From positions 1 through 55,190 of the forward strand of contig CAJYKY010000383.1 of assembly GCA_913775005.1 (NCBI GenBank): a stretch of DNA of 55,190 bases. Direction: 5' to 3'. Position numbers and translations under genes: made by a program. The notes beneath the pieces were generated by a model. The model was not told the origin of the DNA and made no database searches. It was given only the letters and a program-made list of their open reading frames with translations. Source of the stretch: an uncultured Achromobacter sp. Lineage in GTDB: Bacteria > Pseudomonadota > Gammaproteobacteria > Burkholderiales > Burkholderiaceae_B. Shown here in pieces: positions 1 to 8,947 of the stretch (positions are counted from its first letter, which is position 1; each line of letters opens with the position of its first letter).

Positions 1-348
1 CCCGGTTTCCTGTTGCTGCTGGTCAACCTGACGTGGATATCGCTGTTGCTCGGCGTGCTGTGCGCGCGCTATCGCGATATTCCGCAAATCGTGTCCAGCC
101 TGATGCAGGTGATTTTCTACCTCACGCCGATCATGTGGCTGCCCAGCCTGCTACCCGAGCGCGCCGGCACCTATATGCTCACGATGAATCCGTTCTATCA
201 CCTGCTGGAAATCGTGCGCGACCCCCTGCTCGGATACGCGCCGGACGCCCAGAACTGGTTGGCCTCGCTGGCGCTGGCGGTGGTTGGCTGGCTTATTACC
301 TTGATGCTTTATGGCCGCTATCGGCGCCGCATCGCCTACTGGCTCTAA
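1..348 (+). CDS. wzm: ABC-2 type polysaccharide export permease (5'-truncated by window)
   Basis: Frame open from base 1; motifs RYRDIPQIV, FYLTPIMW, NPFYHLLEIVRDPLLG and C-terminal RRIAYWL; directly upstream of wzt. Confidence 0.9.
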   Translation, partial: PGFLLLLVNLTWISLLLGVLCARYRDIPQIVSSLMQVIFYLTPIMWLPSLLPERAGTYMLTMNPFYHLLEIVRDPLLGYAPDAQNWLASLALAVVGWLITLMLYGRYRRRIAYWL

Positions 349-375
349 GCTCTTTTCTCACAGATTCTGGCTACC

Positions 376-1119
376 ATGGCAACTATCAAATTCGACCAGG
401 TATGTGTCGACTTTCCTATCTACAACGCCAGCGCGCGCTCGTTGAAAAAGCGCCTTTTCCAAGTCGCAACGGGCGGTCAAATCAGTGCTGACCAATCCGG
501 ACGCGTCGTGATCCGGGCGTTGGAAAACCTGAGCTTCCATCTGAAAGACGGGGATCGCGTCGGGCTGCTCGGCCATAATGGCGCAGGTAAAAGTACACTG
601 CTGCGCGTGCTTAGCGGGGTTTATGCCCCCTCCAGCGGCACGGCCCAGATCGACGGCGAGATCGGATCGCTGATCGATATCGGGTTCGGTATCGACGCTG
701 AATCCACCGGCCGGGAAAATATTTTCCTGCGTGGCGCGCTGCTTGGTCTGGATCGCGCATCTATCAAACAGAAAGTCGAAGAAATCATTGAGTTTTCCGA
801 GCTCGGTGATTTTATCGACATGCCTATCCGCACCTATTCGGCGGGTATGCACTTGCGCCTGGCGTTCTCGGTGTCCACGGTGATCCGGCCCGAGATCCTG
901 TTGATGGACGAATGGCTTTCCGTGGGCGACGAAGGATTCAAGGCACGCGCCGAGCAGCGCCTGAATGAACTGGTGGCGTCCACCAGCATCCTGGTTATCG
1001 CCAGCCATTCCAAGGATTTGATCTGTCATACCTGCAACCGCGTATTGTGGCTGGAGCATGGACGTATCAAGATGGATGGTCCGCCGCAGGAAGTGACCCA
1101 AGCCTATTTCGGCTATTGA
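376..1119 (+). CDS. wzt: Polysaccharide ABC transporter ATPase, no C-terminal carbohydrate-binding domain
   Basis: Walker A GHNGAGKST, signature YSAGMHLRLAF, LMDEWLSVGD; 247 aa. Confidence 0.92.
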   Translation: MATIKFDQVCVDFPIYNASARSLKKRLFQVATGGQISADQSGRVVIRALENLSFHLKDGDRVGLLGHNGAGKSTLLRVLSGVYAPSSGTAQIDGEIGSLIDIGFGIDAESTGRENIFLRGALLGLDRASIKQKVEEIIEFSELGDFIDMPIRTYSAGMHLRLAFSVSTVIRPEILLMDEWLSVGDEGFKARAEQRLNELVASTSILVIASHSKDLICHTCNRVLWLEHGRIKMDGPPQEVTQAYFGY

Positions 1120-1165
1120 GCCGTAAACACTGACCCACGCGTCTCGGCGCGTTTGCATCGTCTAG

Positions 1166-2998
1166 ATGATCATGCCAATACCGCAAAAAATGAAGGGGAT
1201 TGCCCGTCGCTGCTTTAATAAGCTGGCGGCCAGAGTCAATGGCCCGGCCATTGCGGATCTGTTCGACGCGGATTGGTACCGCACGCAGGCCCCTGGCCTG
1301 GAAGACGTGAAAAATCCGGTGGCGCATTATCTGGCCAAGGGTGTGGAACTGAATCTGAATCCTAGCCCGCTGTTTCACACTGACTGGTATTTGCGGCAGA
1401 ACCCGGACGTTGCGAATGCCGGCCTTAATCCCCTGGTTCACTACATCGACTCGGGCGCCAAGGAAGGCCGTAGCCCCTGCGCCTATTTCGATGGGCAGTG
1501 GTACGCGCGCAAATATCCCCTGAGCCGATTAAAGCAGGGCGGCGCGCTCGCGCATTTCATGAAGACGGGCGCCCGCAACGGCTGCAATCCGAACCCGTAT
1601 TTCGATACGGCCTGGTATCAGGCTCAATATCCGGAAGTGCAGAAATATCCGCGTGATCCCCTGAGCCATTTCGTGCTGATCGGCGAACCGGCCGGATACC
1701 GTCCGGGCCCGGCGTTCGACCCCGAGTGGTATCTGATGCGCAACCCCGATGTGGCGCAATGGGCCGGCACGCCTTTCACGCACTATCTGTTGACGGGCGC
1801 GCGAGAGAAACGCTCTGCCGTCAGAGGCCCGTTTGATTATCACGATACCGCGGCACTGTCGCGGCAGCTGGCGGCGCCCGTCGTATCGACGGAAAGCGTT
1901 CGCGCCACGTTGGAACTGCCCGCAGGCAGCGTGCAGAATCTGCTGAGCAAACCGGAAGACGCCGAGCTGATCTACCAGGCGGCGCAACGCAATGTCGTAG
2001 GCGTTTCCGAGCCGCTTGGGTCCTACCCTGGTGTGCCGTATGTGGCGTTGCTGCATAACGTATTGGCCCTGGGCGGCACGCGCTATATCGCGGCAGGAGA
2101 ACGCTTCATTCATGACGAAGTAGCGGCGTTCCAGAATGTGAAGGACGCCGCAGTGAAGTATCACCGCGCAAGCCTGTCGCCCGCTGACAACCTGATTCTG
2201 AATTTCCAGCTGAAGCCCGCCAACTGGGTGGACGCGGGCATCAGCATCATGCACGAGTATTCGAATAACTACTTCCACTTTGTGGCCGAGACATTGCCGC
2301 GCATGATCCTGGCGGAAGAAGCCGGGCTGCCCGCGCATGTGCCGTACATCGTCGAACGCGAACTGCATCCTAATATGTTGCAGTTGCTGAACGTTGTGAA
2401 CGATGCGGGCCGGCCGATTCTTCCCGTCGAGTCCGACACCATGTATCGTGTCGGTTCGCTTTATCTGCCGTCGGACGTCTCCTCGGTCGTGGACTCGTAC
2501 GAGGCCGGTGAAGCAGGCCGGCAGTCGTGCCTTGATGTGGCGCGGATCCGTACGGCGGTCGCGCGATGCAAAGCACGCTTTCCTTCGCTAGGCGCGAGGC
2601 ATAAGCGCAAGATCTATGCGGGACGCAGCGGCGGTTTGCGGCAACTGACGAATCAGCAGGAACTGGAAGCGGCGCTGGCGGCGCGGGGTTTCGAAATTAT
2701 TCGCACGGATGGCCTGGACGTCCAGACGCAAATATCGATTTTCCGCGACGCCGAAATCATCATCGCCCCCACCGGCGCGCAATTGACCAATGTAATTTGG
2801 ACCGAACCGGGCACACAAGTCATCGTGCTGGCCTCGGATCACCCCAGCCATCAACTCTATCTTTGGGAGTTGCTGGGCAGGGTGTCACAGGCAAACGTTA
2901 CCAGCGTCGCAGGCCCGCGCGCATTTGTCCGCAACGACAAATACAGCGTGCATGATGATTATTCGATCAACGTGCAGAACGTTCTAGATCTGATATAG
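1166..2998 (+). CDS. GT61/DUF563-like glycosyltransferase with five N-terminal FDxxWY repeats
   Basis: C-terminal NNYFHFVAETLPR, QISIFRDAEIIIAPTGAQLTNVIW; repeats such as FHTDWYLRQNPDV and FDPEWYLMRNPDV; start codon uncertain (1166/1172/1190). Confidence 0.7.
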   Translation: MIMPIPQKMKGIARRCFNKLAARVNGPAIADLFDADWYRTQAPGLEDVKNPVAHYLAKGVELNLNPSPLFHTDWYLRQNPDVANAGLNPLVHYIDSGAKEGRSPCAYFDGQWYARKYPLSRLKQGGALAHFMKTGARNGCNPNPYFDTAWYQAQYPEVQKYPRDPLSHFVLIGEPAGYRPGPAFDPEWYLMRNPDVAQWAGTPFTHYLLTGAREKRSAVRGPFDYHDTAALSRQLAAPVVSTESVRATLELPAGSVQNLLSKPEDAELIYQAAQRNVVGVSEPLGSYPGVPYVALLHNVLALGGTRYIAAGERFIHDEVAAFQNVKDAAVKYHRASLSPADNLILNFQLKPANWVDAGISIMHEYSNNYFHFVAETLPRMILAEEAGLPAHVPYIVERELHPNMLQLLNVVNDAGRPILPVESDTMYRVGSLYLPSDVSSVVDSYEAGEAGRQSCLDVARIRTAVARCKARFPSLGARHKRKIYAGRSGGLRQLTNQQELEAALAARGFEIIRTDGLDVQTQISIFRDAEIIIAPTGAQLTNVIWTEPGTQVIVLASDHPSHQLYLWELLGRVSQANVTSVAGPRAFVRNDKYSVHDDYSINVQNVLDLI

Positions 2999-3048
2999 GC
3001 CTTACCGTAGCAACACAGCACTGATGCTATAGACATAAGAGACACGAC

Positions 3049-3489
3049 ATGAATTCCAAACCCTCGCAGTCGCTTGATGACGCCATTCAGCTCATCGACC
3101 TTACGAAGATTTCCGACCCCCGGGGCAACCTCACATTTGTCGAGGCAAACAAGCACGTCCCCTTCGATATTCAGCGCGTCTATTATCTGTACGACGTACC
3201 CAGCGGTGAAATGCGAGCCGGGCATGCGCACTACAATCTTCAACAGCTGATTATTGGCATTTCCGGAAGCTTCGATCTGCTGCTGGACAACGGCTACGAG
3301 AAGAAAACCATTACCTGCAATCGGCCGTTCCAGGGCGTGCTGATGAAGTCCCTGGTATGGCGCGAATTGAATAACTTCTCTTCGGGTGCGGTCTGCTTGG
3401 TGCTGGCCTCGATGCATTACGAAGAATCCGACTATATCCGCAACTACGCGGACTTCCTGAAAGTTGTCGCCGAGAAAAACCCATCATGA
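3049..3489 (+). CDS. dTDP-4-keto-6-deoxyglucose 3,4-ketoisomerase (FdtA/QdtA family cupin)
   Basis: [30 protein letters not shown] (two catalytic His), [10 protein letters not shown]. Confidence 0.9.
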   Translation: MNSKPSQSLDDAIQLIDLTKISDPRGNLTFVEANKHVPFDIQRVYYLYDVPSGEMRAGHAHYNLQQLIIGISGSFDLLLDNGYEKKTITCNRPFQGVLMKSLVWRELNNFSSGAVCLVLASMHYEESDYIRNYADFLKVVAEKNPS

Positions 3490-4586
3490 TCTCTTTCTTT
3501 GATATCAATGCCGGCCACGCCGAACTGGGCAATGGCCTGCAGGACGCCTTCAAGCGCGTGCTGGACAGCGGCAGCATCATTATGGGTGCTGAGCTCAAGG
3601 CGTTCGAAGACGAATTCGCCGCCTACTGCGGCGTCAAGCACTGCATCGGCGTCGGCAATGGGCTGGATGCGCTGGCGCTGGCGCTGCGCGCACGCGGGAT
3701 CGGACCGGGCGATGAAGTCCTGGTGCCGTCGCAGACGTTCATCGCCAGCTGGCTCGCCGTTTCCATGACCGGCGCAACGCCGATTCCCGTGGAAATCGAC
3801 CTGAATACCTACGGCATCGACGCCTCGCTGCTGCGCGACCACGTGACCCCGCGCACCAAAGCCATCATGCCGGTGCACCTGTACGGCTCGCCGGCTGACA
3901 TGGATGGCATCAATGCCGTCGCCAAGGAATTCGGCCTATTCGTGCTGGAAGACGCGGCCCAGGCGCATGGCGCCTTCTATAAGGGCAAGCGTGCAGGCTC
4001 GCTGGGGCATGCCGCGGGCTTCAGCTTCTACCCGAGCAAAAACCTCGGCGCCCTGGGCGACGGCGGCGCAATCGTCACCGACGATGATGCGCTGGCCGAC
4101 GACATGCGCCGGTTGCGCAACTACGGTTCGACCAAGAAGTATGTCCATGAAGTCGCCGGCGTGAACTCCCGCCTGGATGAACTGCAAGCCGCCATCCTGC
4201 GCCTGAAGCTGCCCGTGCTCGATCATGGCAATGAACGCCGCCGCGCCATTGCCGATCGCTACACCGCAGGCCTGCAAGGCATCGCCGACCTGCACACGCC
4301 GCAGTCGGTGGACGGCGCCACGTCGGTCTATCACCTGTATGTCATCCGCACGAGCAAGCGCGACGAGCTGGCCGCCTATCTGAATCAACAGGGCGTTACC
4401 TGCCTTATCCATTACCCGATCGCCCCCCATCAGCAAGGCGCGTACGCTGACCTGAAGATTCCGGCCGACAGCCTGCCGCTGGCCAATCAGGCCGCTGCCC
4501 AGACCCTGTCTTTGCCGATCTGGCCGCAAATGCCGTTCTCGTCCGTGGATGAGGTCATTGCCCACATCAAGACGTTCATGGGCTGA
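3486..4586 (+). CDS. DegT/DnrJ/EryC1/StrS sugar aminotransferase (FdtB/QdtB-like)
   Basis: [34 protein letters not shown] (PLP Lys), [10 protein letters not shown]; ATGA overlap with the isomerase. Confidence 0.9.
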   Translation: MISFFDINAGHAELGNGLQDAFKRVLDSGSIIMGAELKAFEDEFAAYCGVKHCIGVGNGLDALALALRARGIGPGDEVLVPSQTFIASWLAVSMTGATPIPVEIDLNTYGIDASLLRDHVTPRTKAIMPVHLYGSPADMDGINAVAKEFGLFVLEDAAQAHGAFYKGKRAGSLGHAAGFSFYPSKNLGALGDGGAIVTDDDALADDMRRLRNYGSTKKYVHEVAGVNSRLDELQAAILRLKLPVLDHGNERRRAIADRYTAGLQGIADLHTPQSVDGATSVYHLYVIRTSKRDELAAYLNQQGVTCLIHYPIAPHQQGAYADLKIPADSLPLANQAAAQTLSLPIWPQMPFSSVDEVIAHIKTFMG

Positions 4587-4598
4587 TCCGGCACCGGC

Positions 4599-5552
4599 AT
4601 GAACACTCCCCTTGTCTCGGTGATCATCCCTGTTTTCAATCAGGGGAAGCTGGCGGTGCAAGCCATTGATAGCGTGTTGTCACAACGCTATCCGCACGTG
4701 CAGGCCATCGTGGTGGACGACGGCTCGACGGACGGCACCGCCGACTTGATCGCTCAGCAGTTTGGCGACCGCATCACGCTGATCCGCCAAACCAACAAGG
4801 GGCCCAGCGCAGCGTCGAACGCCGCGCTGGGCGTTGCACAGGGCGACATCATTGCGCTCATGGGCGGCGACGACCTCTGCACGCCCGACCGCCTTGCGCA
4901 CCAGGTGGAGATTCTGTCGTCCGGGCATTGGGACATCGTTTTTTCCCGGCCCACGCTGATCGACGAGCAAGGCGTTACGCTTGAAGATGCGCGATACCCC
5001 GTATTTTTCGACACGCGCCGTCATCAGGCGGTTTTTACGAGCCTGTACTTCGACGACAACTATTTCTGCGCGCCGTCGGCCACCATGCACCGCGCCGTGG
5101 TCGACTCGGTCGGCCCCTTTCACGAGGGTCTGATCCAGTTGCAGGACTATGACTACTGGCTGCGCGCCGCGGGTCAGGGCTACCGGCTTGGCATCTTCGA
5201 TACCCGCGTTGTGAAGTACCGCCGCCACGTCGGCAACCTGTCAACGACACGGCGCGACTTTGCCACGCGGGCCGAGATCCCGGTAGTGTTGAAACGCGCG
5301 CTGCGCCTGGCCCGCCCCGAGGTCATCCGCCCGTTGTTCCCCGGCCTGGTGTTGCCCGTCGCCAACCCTGCCCAACCCTTGTCGCCGTTTGAGCACAGCA
5401 CCTTGCTGCTCGCCCATTCGCGCGAAGAAGTCCGCCTGGCGGGCCTGGATTGCGCTATTTCGCTGCTAGACGATCCGTCTGCCCCGGCATCCGCGCATGG
5501 TGCCGTGGACGTGTTCCGCTACATCTACGAAGCCGGGCAAGACCGCGACTGA
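4599..5552 (+). CDS. GT2 family glycosyltransferase
   Basis: PLVSVIIPVFN, VVDDGSTDGT, QDYDYWLR. Confidence 0.85.
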   Translation: MNTPLVSVIIPVFNQGKLAVQAIDSVLSQRYPHVQAIVVDDGSTDGTADLIAQQFGDRITLIRQTNKGPSAASNAALGVAQGDIIALMGGDDLCTPDRLAHQVEILSSGHWDIVFSRPTLIDEQGVTLEDARYPVFFDTRRHQAVFTSLYFDDNYFCAPSATMHRAVVDSVGPFHEGLIQLQDYDYWLRAAGQGYRLGIFDTRVVKYRRHVGNLSTTRRDFATRAEIPVVLKRALRLARPEVIRPLFPGLVLPVANPAQPLSPFEHSTLLLAHSREEVRLAGLDCAISLLDDPSAPASAHGAVDVFRYIYEAGQDRD

Positions 5553-5729
5553 CCCACGCGGGCGGCGAGCGGTCAGCACACATCCTCGCGGATTTTCTTA
5601 CATCTCTATGAAAGCCGCTGTCATCGGCAGCTTTCGTGATGCCTTCCGCTGACATTTCACGGATTGACCGCGCTATACTCCGCAAAAAATACCACTGCGG
5701 CAGTGGCTCCTCTTAATTGTCCACACCCT

Positions 5730-7130
5730 ATGAGCGCCTTGCACTATCTTCGCGTGCTTCGAAACAAGCTCGTAGGTCTGGCTCAAACGACCAGCAGGTT
5801 GGACGCGCTGGACCTGCGTATCCACGACCTGTCCAGCCAGCTAAGCGCGTTGGCCGATCAATTACGGGCCTCGGATACGCAGGGCGCACGCGCACGTGAC
5901 GACATCGCCGCTCTGCATGCGGATCTGACCGCGCAGCACGCCTTGGTCAGCGCGTTACCCGGGCAGCACGATGCCGCGCTGAATCAGCTTGGCGATCGAA
6001 TCGGCGCGGACACCAGCGCGCTATTCGGGCGCCATGCCAACTTGTTCCACGCCCGGCCGCCCCGTGCCCCCGCCCCGCCCCACACCGCCACCGTCATCGA
6101 CCGCATCGCCTTTCTGGTGCATTCGAAAGAATTGCTCAACCACTACGGCTGTGTGTGGGATCTGATGCCCGAGGGCAGCTTCGACGTCGTGCTGCACGGC
6201 AAGGCGGGCTTGCCGACTGCGGCGGATCTGGCGCGGTGGAATTGCAATGTCACCACCACGCGGGCCTTGCTGGATGCGGGCCAGGCCTACCGCTGCCTGG
6301 TGTCCAACCACCCGGTGTCGGACGACGGCCAGCCGCTGATCAAGCGTCTTGCTGAAATCAATATCCGTTTCATGTATGCCGCCGGGAAATCGGGCTGGAA
6401 CCTGTCCAGCTGGAATCGGCTGTATGACGTCGTCCTTTGTTTCGGCCCCTACCACGCGGTGAACTTCTCACAAGCCTGTGACGCCGTCATCGTGCAGATG
6501 GGCTATCCGCGCTTCGACCGGTACTTCAACGAAAAGATCGACCGCAAGGCCTTGGCAGAGGCACAGGGCTGCGACCCCGCCAAGCCCACGGTTGTCTGGC
6601 TGCCCACCCAGGGCGCCCTCTCGTCCCTTGGCCACTTTGACGAAGAAATCGGCGCGCTGACGGATCGCTACAACGTCATCGTGAAAGTGCATCCGCTGAC
6701 GCCGTCAGCCGAGCCCCTGCGTATTGCCGCGCTGAACCGGTTGAACCTCACGCGGATCATCACGGACGCCGAAGACAATCTGCCGCTGTACCAGTTGGCG
6801 GACGTCATGCTGTTCGATTATGGCGGCCCGCCCCTGGCCGGCATCTATGCCGATAAGCGCATGGTGCTGCTGAACGTACCCGGCGCCGCGGACGATCATC
6901 TGACGGGTGACGATTCCCCCGACATCAGCATCCGCCGGCATCTGGTCAACGTGAACGTTGATGACAACGCGCTTGCCGCCCTGCTGGCCGACGAAGCAAC
7001 CTGGACGCTCCAACAGCATGCGCGGCGCACGTTGCGCAGCCTGTACTTCGCGCCGCATCACGGTTTCTCGTCGCATGTAGCAGCGCAAACCCTGCTCAAC
7101 GTGGACAAACTCCTCACTACAGAGATCTGA
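5730..7130 (+). CDS. CDP-glycerol glycerophosphotransferase (TagF-like) fold protein with N-terminal coiled-coil-like segment
   Basis: GYPRFD, VVWLPT, VKVHP, ADVMLFDYGG resemble Glyphos_transf motifs; ATG 5730 preferred over TTG 5664. Confidence 0.6.
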   Translation: MSALHYLRVLRNKLVGLAQTTSRLDALDLRIHDLSSQLSALADQLRASDTQGARARDDIAALHADLTAQHALVSALPGQHDAALNQLGDRIGADTSALFGRHANLFHARPPRAPAPPHTATVIDRIAFLVHSKELLNHYGCVWDLMPEGSFDVVLHGKAGLPTAADLARWNCNVTTTRALLDAGQAYRCLVSNHPVSDDGQPLIKRLAEINIRFMYAAGKSGWNLSSWNRLYDVVLCFGPYHAVNFSQACDAVIVQMGYPRFDRYFNEKIDRKALAEAQGCDPAKPTVVWLPTQGALSSLGHFDEEIGALTDRYNVIVKVHPLTPSAEPLRIAALNRLNLTRIITDAEDNLPLYQLADVMLFDYGGPPLAGIYADKRMVLLNVPGAADDHLTGDDSPDISIRRHLVNVNVDDNALAALLADEATWTLQQHARRTLRSLYFAPHHGFSSHVAAQTLLNVDKLLTTEI

Positions 7131-7131
7131 C

Positions 7132-7656
7132 ATGGTGATTTGGCTGGTGGGTTTATCCGGTTCGGGCAAGACCACGCTGGGCCGCGAGATGGCGGAACAA
7201 TGGCGGCGCATCGAACCGAACACCGTGCTGCTCGATGGCGACGAAGTGCGCGAAGTCTTCGCGCACGATCGCAGTGATGACGCCTATACGGTCGCGGGCC
7301 GCCGGCTGAATGCCGAGCGCCTGGTCGCGCTCTGTCAGATGCTGGATCGGCAAGGCATCAATGTCGTGTGCTGCATCCTGTCGCTGTTTCCCGATATGCG
7401 CGAGGCCAATCGCACCCGGTTCAGCCGTTACTTCGAGATATTCATGGACGCTGACATGAACGCCCTGGCGCTGCGTGACACCAAAGGGCTGTACCGCGCC
7501 GCAAAGGCGGGCACGCAACGCAATGTGGTCGGCGTGGATATTCCGTTTCCCCGCCCCGCCAATCCGGATCTGACGATTGTGTCGTCCGGCGAATGCCCGG
7601 ACATTGCCGAACTGGCGCGCCGCACGCTCGCGCAGGCGCAGGCAGGTTCACGATGA
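7132..7656 (+). CDS. APS-kinase-like P-loop kinase; Cj1415-like cytidine diphosphoramidate kinase
   Basis: IWLVGLSGSGKTT, LLDGDEVR, RDTKGLY, NVVGVDIPF; context with Cj1416-1418 homologues. Confidence 0.75.
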   Translation: MVIWLVGLSGSGKTTLGREMAEQWRRIEPNTVLLDGDEVREVFAHDRSDDAYTVAGRRLNAERLVALCQMLDRQGINVVCCILSLFPDMREANRTRFSRYFEIFMDADMNALALRDTKGLYRAAKAGTQRNVVGVDIPFPRPANPDLTIVSSGECPDIAELARRTLAQAQAGSR

Positions 7657-8219
7657 GCGCCGCACAAACCCCGCGCTATCCCTATGCCACCGGCGATTTG
7701 CTCGAGGTGCGCAACAGCTATTCGTACACGCCCTATCACGGCGCAAGCTTCCTTGAGGCGTGGAGGCTCCAGCGCGACGCGGCGATGGCAACAGACGCGG
7801 CGTCGCGGCCTGCCGATACGCCAGCGGAAAGTCCAACGGGTGCGCTGCTGCGCGATACGCTGGCCGGACTGGCCAGCGCCACCCCCGATGACGCCATCAA
7901 TACATTGAATCGCCTGCTGCAACGATTCGAAGTGACCAAGCGCGTCCACGGCGAATACAACGCCAATTGGCGCCCCGTGGATCCGCAGGACTACCACGAT
8001 CTGAATCTGTACCTGCAATTGGCCCGTTGCCTGGACCAAGCCTATGCACTGACGAGTGGGCTGCAATACCTAAATGGCCTGTTGAAATGCCTGGACACGC
8101 TGACGGCCTATCAAGCGACGCTGCCTCCCGGGCAACGCGAAACGCTGCGCGAACTGGTGCACGCAGAGCGGCGCCACGTGGACGCGTTGCAGCGCAAGCT
8201 GCAAGAGGCATCGACATGA
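7653..8219 (+). CDS. Hypothetical alpha-helical protein
   Basis: ATGA overlaps at both ends (7653-7656 and 8216-8219); no family recognised. Confidence 0.75.
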   Translation: MSAAQTPRYPYATGDLLEVRNSYSYTPYHGASFLEAWRLQRDAAMATDAASRPADTPAESPTGALLRDTLAGLASATPDDAINTLNRLLQRFEVTKRVHGEYNANWRPVDPQDYHDLNLYLQLARCLDQAYALTSGLQYLNGLLKCLDTLTAYQATLPPGQRETLRELVHAERRHVDALQRKLQEAST

Positions 8220-8947
8220 GGCTCGACAAGGTCATCATGCTGGCCGCGCATACGGCACGGTCACAAGCCTATCTGCAAACCCTGGTCGCGCGCGATCTTC
8301 TGCCCGGCGCGGTCATCCTGCTGGCGCCGCCCGAGAAGGCCTCGGCGCCACGCGCCAGTACGCGGCTGTCCTTGCCTGACCTGGTAGCGCCAGACCTGGG
8401 CGAATCGGTGCCAGCCACCTGCGCACGCGCCGGCATCCCCGTCATCCACGTGGACACACCCGACGTGAATAGCGCGCAAGTGGTGCAGGCCATCGCCAGC
8501 TGCCAGGCCGATACGGTGATCTATTCCGGTTACGGCGGGCAAATCGTGGCAGACCACGTGTTGGCTTCAGGACCGGTCTTCCTGCATATGCATTCCGGGT
8601 GGCTGCCGGACTACCGGGGCAGCACGACGCTGTATTACGCCCTGCTCAACGGCGATCCGCCGGCCGTTTCCGCTTTGCTGCTGGACAAGCATATCGACAC
8701 AGGTCCTGTCGTGGCACGCCGGCAGTACCCCGTCCCCCCTGCGCACATTGACGTGGACAGCGTGTACGACGCCGCGATACGCGCGGACCTGCTTGCCCGG
8801 GTGCTTCAGGAATATGCCGCTTCTGGCCAATTCCAAGGCGAACCGCAACAGGCCGCTGCCGGCACGGCCCCCTATTACGTCATTCACCCGGTGCTCAAAC
8901 ACCTGGCCTTGCTGTCTCTCGCTTCGAAGGGTGCTGAAGATGGTTGA
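8216..8947 (+). CDS. Formyltransferase (Formyl_trans_N) family protein
   Basis: HMHSGWLPDYRGST and DKHIDTGPV motifs; start at ATGA overlap. Confidence 0.8.
   Translation: MRLDKVIMLAAHTARSQAYLQTLVARDLLPGAVILLAPPEKASAPRASTRLSLPDLVAPDLGESVPATCARAGIPVIHVDTPDVNSAQVVQAIASCQADTVIYSGYGGQIVADHVLASGPVFLHMHSGWLPDYRGSTTLYYALLNGDPPAVSALLLDKHIDTGPVVARRQYPVPPAHIDVDSVYDAAIRADLLARVLQEYAASGQFQGEPQQAAAGTAPYYVIHPVLKHLALLSLASKGAEDG

Noticed and set aside
7132-7656. cysC / sulfate-activation (PAPS) interpretation
   Set aside because: No cysD/cysN or sulfotransferase nearby; co-occurrence with Cj1416-1418 homologues explains it better
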